Below, in pieces: positions 56,342 through 64,000 of a stretch of DNA of 64,000 bases. The stretch is from the NCBI GenBank assembly GCA_003518365.1, contig DOYU01000019.1:40224-104223 (forward strand). The letters are read 5' to 3'. A model generated the notes under the pieces. It saw only the letters and a program-made list of their open reading frames with translations. It did not search any database and was not told the origin of the DNA. Position 1 is the stretch's first letter, and every line of letters begins with the position of its first letter. Position numbers and translations under genes: made by a program. This DNA is from Candidatus Magasanikiibacteriota bacterium (GTDB lineage: Bacteria > Patescibacteriota > Patescibacteriia > Magasanikbacterales > UBA922).

Positions 56342-57022
56342 CTAATGTTCCTTGATACATTTCTCGCGGTAATGCTCGGCCGCGAGATAGATCGCCGGGT
56401 TGAGCCCGGTCACGTCAGCGAGTCCCTTCACCGTGGCCCACATGGAGATAGGCTGAGTGAACTTCGCACCAGTGCAGTCTGAACCAGTGAAGTTTGCTCC
56501 GGTAAAATCCGCACCGCTAAAGTCCGCCTCGATGAAGATTGCACCAGTAAAGTCCGTATTAATCAGGCGTGTCTGGGTGAGCTTCGCCTCAGTAAAGTCC
56601 GCCTCGGTAAACTTTGCCTTTGTGAGCTCTGCCCTGGTAAGAATAGCTCTGGTAAGATCGGAACCTCTGAATTCAGCTGCACTCAGATTCGCCCAAGAGA
56701 GATCTGCACTCTCAAAACACCCCCCAGTGATCTTCACTCTGGTAAAGTCTGATTGACTGAGATTTGCTTCAAAAAACCACACTCCAGAAAGCTTCGCTCC
56801 AGTGAAATATGCACCACAGAAATTCGCTCCTTTGAAGTTTGCCCTTCGAAGGTCAGCACCCAGGAGTTTCGCCCTGCTCAGGTTCGCCCCACAAAGATAC
56901 TTATTATTGAAGTCCGCCCCACGGAGGTCTATCCAATAAGCATCAGCCCCCTGACGTAACGTGTTACTCTCACTTACCTTCTCTGCCTCGAGGAGAGTAC
57001 GATAACTACGCTTCTTTGACAC
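56342..57022 (-). CDS. Pentapeptide repeat protein
   Basis: Continuous A(D/N)LxxAxFxG quintets over about 200 aa. Confidence 0.85.
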   Translation of the reverse strand: MSKKRSYRTLLEAEKVSESNTLRQGADAYWIDLRGADFNNKYLCGANLSRAKLLGADLRRANFKGANFCGAYFTGAKLSGVWFFEANLSQSDFTRVKITGGCFESADLSWANLSAAEFRGSDLTRAILTRAELTKAKFTEADFTEAKLTQTRLINTDFTGAIFIEADFSGADFTGANFTGSDCTGAKFTQPISMWATVKGLADVTGLNPAIYLAAEHYREKCIKEH

Positions 57023-57162
57023 GGTTTTTCCCTCCCGTATTATTTTTTCTTCTCTCTAGCACGACGCACTGGAGAGCTAAAAACCATAACACATTTTCCT
57101 CCTTTTATCAATAGCAACCTGACAAGAAACATTTTTATCAAAAAAAAACTGTTTTCAACCCT

Positions 57163-57190
57163 TGCAAAAAGACAAAAAATAGCCTAATAT
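57163..57190 (+). promoter_or_regulatory. Sigma70-type promoter candidate for lepA (TTGCAA-N17-TAATAT)
   Basis: Read directly. The -10 ends about 9 nt before the lepA ATG, which implies a leaderless or near-leaderless transcript. Confidence 0.45.
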
Positions 57191-57199
57191 AAGCACATT

Positions 57200-58993
57200 A
57201 TGGAAACCAAAAACATCCGCAATTTCTGCATTATCGCCCACATCGACCATGGTAAATCTACCCTTGCGGATCGATTTCTTGAAGTTACCGGCACGATCGA
57301 TAAACGCAACATGAAAAACCAGCTGCTTGATACCATGGATATCGAACAAGAACGTGGTATTACTATCAAACTCCAGCCAGTCCGCATGCTATATCAGGAC
57401 CATATTCTGAATCTCATTGATACACCAGGCCATGTTGATTTCTCATACGAAGTCTCCCGTTCTCTTGCTGCAGTCGAGGGAGCCATTCTCCTCGTCGATG
57501 CCAGTCAAGGTGTGCAAGCTCAGACGATTGCAAACCTGTATCTTGCGATTGAACAAAACCTCACGATTATCCCTGTCATGAATAAGATTGATTTGCCAAA
57601 TGCAAATCCAGAAAAAGTCGCAGAAGAAATTATTCATCTCATCGGCTGCAAGCGCGAAGATATCTTAAGCTGTTCAGGAAAAACTGGAGAAGGCGTGCCA
57701 GAAGTCCTCGCAGCAGTCATTGCCCAAATCCCAGCACCAGTCGATACAAAGGCAGCTCCGGCACGGGCTCTTATTTTTGATTCTTTTTTTGATGATTATC
57801 GCGGCGTGATTGCATCAGTGAGAATGCAAGATGGTGAACTGAAAAAAGGTGACAAGATCGTATTCATGGGAAGCGGCATCCATGGCGAGGTGCTCGACAC
57901 CGGCCACTATGCCCCACAGATGGTCTCTGACAAGATGCTTGAAAACGGGCATACAGGATACGTTGTGAGTGGACTCAAAGAAATCGGGAATGTCCGAGTC
58001 GGTGATACGATTACACTCGAAAAAACACCAGCAACATCACAACTGCCTGGATATAAAGAAGTCAAACCCATGGTTTTTGCAGGCGTCTTTCCAAACGAAG
58101 GAGACGCATATAGTGAAATGCGAGATGCCATGGACAAATTAAAATTAAACGACTCTGCCCTTTTCTTTGAACCAGAACATTCCCAAGCACTTGGCTTTGG
58201 TTTTCGCTGCGGTTTCCTCGGCATGTTGCATCTTGAAATTTTTCAAGAACGACTTCGCCGTGAATTTGATATTGATATTATTGCGACCGTACCAAGTGTT
58301 GCCTACCATATTTTTAAAACCAATGGAGAAGAAATCACGATAAAAAGTCCACAAGATCTCCCAGACGTCCAACAAATAGAGCATATCGAAGAGCCCTGGA
58401 TGGATGTGGATATTATTGTGCCAGAAAATTTTATTGGCAACATCATGAGTCTTGTTGCTGAACGCAAAGGTATCTATGCAAACACAGAATATCTCAGCGC
58501 CGGTTCATCACAGCGAGCCATGCTGCACTATCAGATGCCACTGGCGTCGCTTATCACAGATTTTTATGATAAGCTAAAAAGTGTCTCAAGTGGATACGCG
58601 TCTATGAATTATGAGTTCAAAGATTATCGAAAATCTGATGTTGTCAAAATGGATATTTTAATTGCAGAAGAAGCTGTAGAAGCACTCTCTCTCCTCGTTT
58701 GGAGAGACGAAGCACACAATATCGGGAAAAAAATCGTAAACTCACTCAAAGACACACTCCCGCGACAGCAATTTGTCATCAAAATTCAAGCAACGATTGG
58801 AGGAAAAGTCATTGCAGGAGAAAAAATTTCAGCTCTCAGAAAAGATGTGACCGCAAAGTTGTACGGTGGAGATGTCACACGAAAACGAAAACTGCTTGAA
58901 AAACAAAAGAAAGGAAAAAAGAAAATGATGGCTATGGGAAAAGGAAAAGTGGACATTCCAACAGAAGCATATCTCGCCGTATTAAAACGGTAA
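57200..58993 (+). CDS. lepA: Elongation factor 4 (LepA)
   Basis: NFCIIAHIDHGKSTLADR, DTPGHVDF, NKIDL, and the LepA C-terminal domain. Confidence 0.95.
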   Translation: METKNIRNFCIIAHIDHGKSTLADRFLEVTGTIDKRNMKNQLLDTMDIEQERGITIKLQPVRMLYQDHILNLIDTPGHVDFSYEVSRSLAAVEGAILLVDASQGVQAQTIANLYLAIEQNLTIIPVMNKIDLPNANPEKVAEEIIHLIGCKREDILSCSGKTGEGVPEVLAAVIAQIPAPVDTKAAPARALIFDSFFDDYRGVIASVRMQDGELKKGDKIVFMGSGIHGEVLDTGHYAPQMVSDKMLENGHTGYVVSGLKEIGNVRVGDTITLEKTPATSQLPGYKEVKPMVFAGVFPNEGDAYSEMRDAMDKLKLNDSALFFEPEHSQALGFGFRCGFLGMLHLEIFQERLRREFDIDIIATVPSVAYHIFKTNGEEITIKSPQDLPDVQQIEHIEEPWMDVDIIVPENFIGNIMSLVAERKGIYANTEYLSAGSSQRAMLHYQMPLASLITDFYDKLKSVSSGYASMNYEFKDYRKSDVVKMDILIAEEAVEALSLLVWRDEAHNIGKKIVNSLKDTLPRQQFVIKIQATIGGKVIAGEKISALRKDVTAKLYGGDVTRKRKLLEKQKKGKKKMMAMGKGKVDIPTEAYLAVLKR

Positions 58994-59014
58994 CGTTCAT
59001 CTAACCCCACATCT

Positions 59015-59506
59015 ATGTATATAAAACTGTTTGTTACAGGAGGCACCTTTGATAAAGAATACAATGAACTCACAGGAGAACTTGTCTTCCACGACACACA
59101 CATTCAAGAAATGCTCCTCAGAGGTCGTGCCAAACTTGACGTGAATGTGCGCACGCTCATGATGATTGACAGTCTGTTTATGACACGAGAAGACAGACAT
59201 ATTATTCTCGATCATTGTCAAAAAACAGAAGCAGAGAAAATCGTTATCACGCATGGTACTGACACCATGGTAGAGACAGCAAAACTCCTTGCCTCCGAAA
59301 TTCATGACAAAACAATCGTCCTCACCGGCGCGATGATCCCTTACACATTTGGCAGCTCAGATGGACAGTTTAATCTTGGCAGTGCACTCGCCTTTGCACA
59401 AACCCTCGAACCAGGCGTGTATATCGCTATGAACGGGCGCTACTTCCAATGGTCAAATGTACAAAAAAATAAACAAACCGGCATATTTGAAGAGCTCACT
59501 TCGTAA
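59015..59506 (+). CDS. Asparaginase/glutaminase N-terminal-domain-only protein
   Basis: TGGTF threonine motif and VITHGTDTM. Only 163 aa, against about 330 for full asparaginases. Confidence 0.6.
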   Translation: MYIKLFVTGGTFDKEYNELTGELVFHDTHIQEMLLRGRAKLDVNVRTLMMIDSLFMTREDRHIILDHCQKTEAEKIVITHGTDTMVETAKLLASEIHDKTIVLTGAMIPYTFGSSDGQFNLGSALAFAQTLEPGVYIAMNGRYFQWSNVQKNKQTGIFEELTS

Positions 59507-59620
59507 CATCCCCTCTATGCAACACAAACACATGAAAATTTCATGGCTCATCATCTCTGCAATCGCGATCTTGAGTATGATCTTCTTTAGCATCCTCCCT
59601 GCATTCTATAGCTAACACGC

Positions 59621-60013
59621 ATGCCAACATTTCGAAAGTCACATAGTGAATTTCACCCTCATCACATCTACCAGCTCGAAGTGATCTTTCTTTTTTTCAT
59701 TGGATTTTGTTTGTTCTTTGCGTACTTTTTGATCATGGAGTACTACCAATTGGATATGGCTACTGCCCAATGGTATTTTGTGGCACCATGGACAGCGATC
59801 TATACACTCTGGTGCCTCACACTCAGAACAAATATACCAAAGGATGAACAAATTACTGCTCTCAAACGGCCAATCATTCACTGGATGCTTTTGGGTATCA
59901 TGCTTCTTGCCTACCAACTAGAACCCATTAACCTGGAACGATTGTATAGCTTTGACATCACTTTTTTTGTCTTTACCATATTTCTGGCAGATTCATATTG
60001 GGACTTCATATAA
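59621..60013 (+). CDS. Hypothetical small membrane protein
   Basis: Three or four hydrophobic helices, no motif. Confidence 0.35.
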   Translation: MPTFRKSHSEFHPHHIYQLEVIFLFFIGFCLFFAYFLIMEYYQLDMATAQWYFVAPWTAIYTLWCLTLRTNIPKDEQITALKRPIIHWMLLGIMLLAYQLEPINLERLYSFDITFFVFTIFLADSYWDFI

Positions 60014-60125
60014 TCCGAATATGACGAATCTTTATCCGAATCTACAAATATCCGAATACCTACAAATCTTCTTTGAAAGATATTCGTAATATTAGGATAT
60101 TTGTAGATTCGGATTATTATATTTG
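60005..60125. repeat. Inverted repeat built from ATCCGAAT units upstream of recJ
   Basis: atccgaatctacaaatatc ... gatatttgtagattcggat. Confidence 0.7.
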
Positions 60126-60129
60126 TACT

Positions 60130-61920
60130 ATGGAAAAACAATGGTCGATCTTAGACCTTCCCCCACAATCATTTTTGGACGAACATCCTGAACTGCCACC
60201 CATCGTCGCAAATTTGTTGTATCATCGTAATATCAAAGAACAACAAGATATTGATATTTTTCTTGGTCCAGACTATAGCCGTGATGTGCATGATCCATAT
60301 TTATTTCAAGATATGGAAAAGGCAGTCGCACGCATCAACCAAGCAATTGAACAAAATGAACGAGTTACAGTACACGGGGATTATGATGCAGACGGGGTAT
60401 CTGGCGCTACTATTTTGACGACCATGTTTCGCTCACTTGGATATGAAAACACAGATATCTATATTCCCCATCGTGAAACAGAAGGATATGGATTGAATCT
60501 CAATACCGTCAAACTGCTCCATGAACAAGGAACGACACTCATCATCACCTGCGACTGTGGTATTAGCAATACACCAGAAGTAGCCCTCGCCAATGAACTC
60601 GGGATAGATGTGATTATTACCGACCACCACTCTATTCCAGCAGTACTGCCAGCAGCAATTGCAATTATCCATCCAAAAATAGAAGGGGAACCCTATCCAG
60701 ACAAAACACTTGCAGGAGGTGCTGTTGCATTCAAAGTCCTCCAAGCAATGTTCAAAAAACATGCTGAAGCACATGAGACATTGCCAAATGGAGAACTCCA
60801 TGCCTCTGCAGAAAAATGGCTCCTCGACATGGTCGCGATTGCGACCGTGGCAGACATGGTTCCCCTCCTCGGTGAATCTCGCACTCTCACAAAATATGGT
60901 CTGATCGTAATGAACAAAGCAAAACGTATAGGCCTCAGAAAGCTTCTCCTTGAAGCAGGCATTATGCATGCAGACGGATCGATGAAATATCCTATTACCG
61001 AAGAAACCATTGGATTTCGTATTGCTCCATGGATCAATGCTGCAGGCCGTATTGACCATGCAAATGTAGCATACAATCTTTTTACAACCACAAGTCCGAC
61101 AGAAGCCGTCGATCTTGCGTACAAACTCAATCAAAATAATATCGAACGTCAAGCCATGACAGAAATGTATGTGGCAGAAGCAACAAGACAAGTCGAACAA
61201 GAACAAAAAGAGGCACCGGTTCTCTTTGTCTATCATGAAAGCTGGAATCCTGGTGTCGTAGGGCTTGTTGCCAGCAGAATAAAAAATACCTATGACAAAC
61301 CAGTCATCGCCATGACAAGCAATGAATCTGGCATTATGGGATCAGGACGAAGTGTGGAAGGATTCAATATGATCGAGGCTATCCAATCTATGCCAGAATT
61401 TTTTGATAAATTTGGTGGACATCCTATGGCATGTGGCTTTACCCTAGCATCTCCAGAAAAACGAGCAGAATTCCAACAGGCACTTTCAAATATATTTGTA
61501 GAAAAAACAGCAGGCATGGATTTGTCACCAAAACTTATGATTGAGGCAGACATTGATCTCGATACGATCAATTGGAATTTGTACGAACTGCTTGAAAAAT
61601 TTTCTCCCTTTGGCCAAGCAAATCCAAAACCACGGTATCTTGCAAAAGATGTTACCATTTTTTCTCTTCAGTCTATTGGCAAGTCGCAAGGACATCTCAA
61701 AATGGTCCTCCAACATCATACGAAAAAAATGCACAAAGCCATTGGCTGGGGACTGGCAGATGCCACTCGTGGTGATGGCAATGACTGGAGTAAGGTATTG
61801 AAGGCTGGAGACCATGTTGATATAGTATGTGAGATTGGATTGAATGAATGGAATGGCAATCGAGAATTGCAGTTAACTATTACAGATATTCGGAAGGCTG
61901 AGAAAGCTGAGCAGGCTTAG
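60130..61920 (+). CDS. recJ: Single-stranded-DNA-specific exonuclease RecJ
   Basis: DHH motifs (HGDYDADGVSG; ITCDCG; ITDHH) and a DHHA1 C-terminal domain. Start set at MEKQWSILDL. Confidence 0.85.
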   Translation: MEKQWSILDLPPQSFLDEHPELPPIVANLLYHRNIKEQQDIDIFLGPDYSRDVHDPYLFQDMEKAVARINQAIEQNERVTVHGDYDADGVSGATILTTMFRSLGYENTDIYIPHRETEGYGLNLNTVKLLHEQGTTLIITCDCGISNTPEVALANELGIDVIITDHHSIPAVLPAAIAIIHPKIEGEPYPDKTLAGGAVAFKVLQAMFKKHAEAHETLPNGELHASAEKWLLDMVAIATVADMVPLLGESRTLTKYGLIVMNKAKRIGLRKLLLEAGIMHADGSMKYPITEETIGFRIAPWINAAGRIDHANVAYNLFTTTSPTEAVDLAYKLNQNNIERQAMTEMYVAEATRQVEQEQKEAPVLFVYHESWNPGVVGLVASRIKNTYDKPVIAMTSNESGIMGSGRSVEGFNMIEAIQSMPEFFDKFGGHPMACGFTLASPEKRAEFQQALSNIFVEKTAGMDLSPKLMIEADIDLDTINWNLYELLEKFSPFGQANPKPRYLAKDVTIFSLQSIGKSQGHLKMVLQHHTKKMHKAIGWGLADATRGDGNDWSKVLKAGDHVDIVCEIGLNEWNGNRELQLTITDIRKAEKAEQA

Positions 61921-61975
61921 AAGGCTTGTAAGGCTTTTTACATTATTCTAAGCATTCCAAGCCTTCTAAGCTTTT
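61905..61975. repeat. Inverted repeat gcttagaaggcttg-N30-caagccttctaagc (AAGGCTTG family)
   Basis: Read directly. Related to the repeats at 40455-40545 and 23757-23810. Confidence 0.75.
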
Positions 61976-61979
61976 CATT

Positions 61980-62381
61980 ATGAAATTATACCTACACACA
62001 GACGGAGGCTCTCGGAACAACCCAGGACCTTCGGCATCAGGCATTGTCATAAAAGATGATACAGGAAAGATTGTCGCATCCTACGGCGAATATCTTGGTA
62101 TTCAAACCAATAATTTTGCAGAATATTCTGCAGTGATTTCAGCACTTACAAAAGCAAAAGATCTTGGCGCAACAGAAATCGTGATCATTGCCGACAGTAA
62201 GCTCGTTGTCGAACAACTGAACAGACGATGGAAAGTAAAACATCCAAACATTCAACCTTTATTTCTCAAATGCTGGAATCTGATGCAACAGTTTAAAAAA
62301 GTCACCATCAAACATACCCTTCGCGCGGGAAATAAAGAAGCCGATGCAGAGGTGAATAAAGTGCTCGATGCACGCATGTAA
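61980..62381 (+). CDS. rnhA: Ribonuclease HI
   Basis: TDGGSRNNPGPSA...NNFAEYSAVISAL...DSKLVV gives the RNase H catalytic DEDD arrangement. Confidence 0.85.
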   Translation: MKLYLHTDGGSRNNPGPSASGIVIKDDTGKIVASYGEYLGIQTNNFAEYSAVISALTKAKDLGATEIVIIADSKLVVEQLNRRWKVKHPNIQPLFLKCWNLMQQFKKVTIKHTLRAGNKEADAEVNKVLDARM

Positions 62382-62823
62382 TATGTCAGCAACTCCAAAA
62401 GTAGGAACATCTCACAATGGAAAAGATATGCACTATTCAGTTGGAGCAATGATTAAGCGTGGCGACACATATCTATTGATAGAACGGAATACGCCTCCAT
62501 TTGGCTTTGCTGGTCCAGCAGGGCATATTGATGAAGGAGAACTGTCAGAAGATGCCGTCCGACGTGAAGTGCAAGAAGAGACAGGCTTTCAACTAACAAA
62601 TGTCACTTTACTTACAGCAGACGAAGAACTTGATTGGAACTGGTGTAGACGTGGCATAGAAGTTCATTCTTGGTATCTGTATGAAGGAAGTATTGAGGGA
62701 GATGTAGACGAGACAAATGTTCGAGAAGTAAAATCAATTGGGTGGTATACCAAAGAACAGATAAAAACACTCACACTCGAACCTGTATGGAAATATTGGT
62801 TTAAAAAATACAATATTATATGA
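62368..62823 (+). CDS. NUDIX hydrolase
   Basis: NUDIX box GHIDEGELSEDAVRREVQEETGF. Confidence 0.75.
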   Translation: MHACNMSATPKVGTSHNGKDMHYSVGAMIKRGDTYLLIERNTPPFGFAGPAGHIDEGELSEDAVRREVQEETGFQLTNVTLLTADEELDWNWCRRGIEVHSWYLYEGSIEGDVDETNVREVKSIGWYTKEQIKTLTLEPVWKYWFKKYNII

Positions 62824-63236
62824 AAATAGCACTCTGCCACAGCATGCAATATGCTGAAAAAGCAAAAGAAGTACAACAATGGTTTCAAGCTCGTGGGCAT
62901 GAAGCATTTCCTTCGTCATTTAATGAATTGTTTATAGGCCTCAGTGATGAAGAAAAAGAAACACTAAAACTAAAACAAAAATTTGAACTAGATGCTATTC
63001 GAGAGCATTGGGGTAATATAGAAAAATCAGACAAGGTCTTGATTCTCAATTACGACAAACACGGCATTCCAAATTATATTGGAGGCAATAGTTTTCTTGA
63101 AATGGGATTTGCATATATTCTCAAAAAACCGTTGTACCTTCTCAATCCGATTCCAGACATGCCCTATTATAAAACGGAAATTCAAGCAATGAAACCGATT
63201 GTGCTGAATGGAGATTTTGAAAAGATATTAGAATAA
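62820..63236 (+). CDS. Hypothetical protein, possibly nucleoside 2-deoxyribosyltransferase-like Rossmann fold
   Basis: MKIALC...VLILNYDKHG...GGNSFLEMGFAYILKKPLYLL gives a weak resemblance only. Confidence 0.4.
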   Translation: MKIALCHSMQYAEKAKEVQQWFQARGHEAFPSSFNELFIGLSDEEKETLKLKQKFELDAIREHWGNIEKSDKVLILNYDKHGIPNYIGGNSFLEMGFAYILKKPLYLLNPIPDMPYYKTEIQAMKPIVLNGDFEKILE

Positions 63237-63293
63237 TTGACGATCTTCAGAAAAGCTCATATACTATCATTTCTAACTATTAAGGAGAGGTAT

Positions 63294-63494
63294 ATGGGTA
63301 CCATCACCCGTTGCGACCTTTGCAACAAAAAAAGAGGTAGTAAAGATGATTGGTCATCGATTACTCTCAACACCTCAAACAAAGATTTGGCTGAAAAAAT
63401 AGGCTCATATGGATATCAGGTTTGGGATCTTTGTCCAGCATGTAGTGCAAAGGTTATACCAGCCACATTGAAAGTACTAAAAAAGAAAAAATAA
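63294..63494 (+). CDS. Small zinc-ribbon protein
   Basis: AAGGAGAGG SD, then MGTITRCDLCNKKRG...DLCPACSAK (CxxC...CxxC). Followed by a terminator. Confidence 0.45.
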   Translation: MGTITRCDLCNKKRGSKDDWSSITLNTSNKDLAEKIGSYGYQVWDLCPACSAKVIPATLKVLKKKK

Positions 63495-63502
63495 GCACTT
63501 CT

Positions 63503-63535
63503 AAAAAACCGCCTTATAGCGGTTTTTTTATTTAA
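63503..63535 (+). terminator. Rho-independent terminator
   Basis: aaccgccttatagcggtt followed by TTTTTTTATTT. Confidence 0.7.
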
Positions 63536-63948
63536 TAAAGTTTTTTGAACTTAGTGAGTTTAAAGTTAACATTATTTCCATCTTTGTCTTTTCCTGAAAA
63601 AAACCTTAATCTTCTGTTTTGAGGGTCAACAAATTTCAACATGTTAAAAGCTGAGTATATTATAAATGTATATATGAGTACATTTGCAACAATAGGTGTC
63701 CAGTCAATCAATTGGGGCTGATTTATCAATTTATCTAGATTGTCTCCTTCCACAATTTTATTAATCACTTTATAGCGAAAAATGTAAAAGAAAGTATACC
63801 CTAGTATCGTTTCGTAAATAAAAGCTTTTCTGTAAAGTGCCACAATTAACACTCCAATCAACACAAGTATTTTTATAAGTTGGAATGCTATCAATGTTGT
63901 TGACTGGTGATAATAAAAAAAGATTGCTAAATTCAATATATTAGCCAA
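63532..63948 (-). CDS. Hypothetical membrane protein
   Basis: Several hydrophobic helices, AT-rich, no motif. Confidence 0.35.
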   Translation of the reverse strand: MANILNLAIFFYYHQSTTLIAFQLIKILVLIGVLIVALYRKAFIYETILGYTFFYIFRYKVINKIVEGDNLDKLINQPQLIDWTPIVANVLIYTFIIYSAFNMLKFVDPQNRRLRFFSGKDKDGNNVNFKLTKFKKLY

Positions 63949-64000
63949 AACAAAATAAATAAGTATAGCGTCTAATATGACATTAATAACTTTGTATTTC

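Noticed and set aside
1-64000. CRISPR arrays, rRNA and tRNA genes
   Set aside because: No regularly spaced direct repeats with unique spacers. No rRNA-like conserved blocks. GC-rich intergenic segments that I inspected lacked tRNA T-loop/anticodon-arm features.

Overview
This 64-kb window comes from a low-GC bacterial chromosome (background roughly 40-44% GC) with dense, short genes. It resembles small-genome Patescibacteria/CPR-like bacteria, but taxonomy cannot be established from the sequence alone.

Recognisable housekeeping genes:
- a Bpt/ATE-like aminoacyl-tRNA-protein transferase followed by mpl (murein peptide ligase);
- dnaB-ybaB-recR, rplU, the mraZ-rsmH-ftsL operon, and a membrane-anchored ClpC-like ATPase next to an MraY/WecA-family transferase;
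- uvrA, uvrB, an HhH-less uvrC, recQ, recJ, rnhA, lepA, murJ, corA, bcp, an ABC-F ATPase and an FKBP isomerase.

A large cell-surface glycan locus spans about 4.7-21.4 kb. It holds four GT2 glycosyltransferases, rmlD, rmlB, two FdtA-like cupins, one GT4, and two paralogous giant polytopic membrane proteins flanking a CDP-alcohol phosphatidyltransferase. The same stretch also contains NUDIX, HIT and GC-rich hypothetical genes.

Three things are not explained by ordinary annotation:
1. Many dispersed ORFs have strongly elevated GC (50-68%) and, in two cases, near-saturated GC3, which implies a high-GC donor. Four of them (40.7-46.6 kb) are unrelated small proteins, three of them tail-anchored, each followed by the same conserved 3' hairpin module. 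They form two tandem pairs flanking a GIY-YIG-recQ-unknown block, which looks cassette-like.
2. A family of polypyrimidine/polypurine palindromic elements (TCTCCCCCTACCAGGGGGAG...AGAGGGGGTCT) occurs in-frame inside a PLP-enzyme gene and again between GIY-YIG and recQ (RPE-like). An octamer microsatellite (CCAAATTG)n sits in-frame inside both mpl and the GT4 gene. Several intergenic regions carry palindromic arrays built from short locus-specific units (AAGGCTTGG, TTCGTA, TCCGAAT, TAAGCAGA families).
3. A roughly 300-nt GC-rich structured RNA candidate lies between recR and rplU. A hidden LysW-like zinc-ribbon micro-gene lies next to a divergent PLP enzyme. A 22-codon uORF mimics the UvrB N-terminus. 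GTGG direct repeats in 10-bp phase (a likely MraZ operator) lie upstream of mraZ.

Coordinates of sub-gene features are approximate (plus or minus a few nt), because the ORF track and my line counting disagreed by one base at one locus. No CRISPR, rRNA or convincing tRNA was seen.
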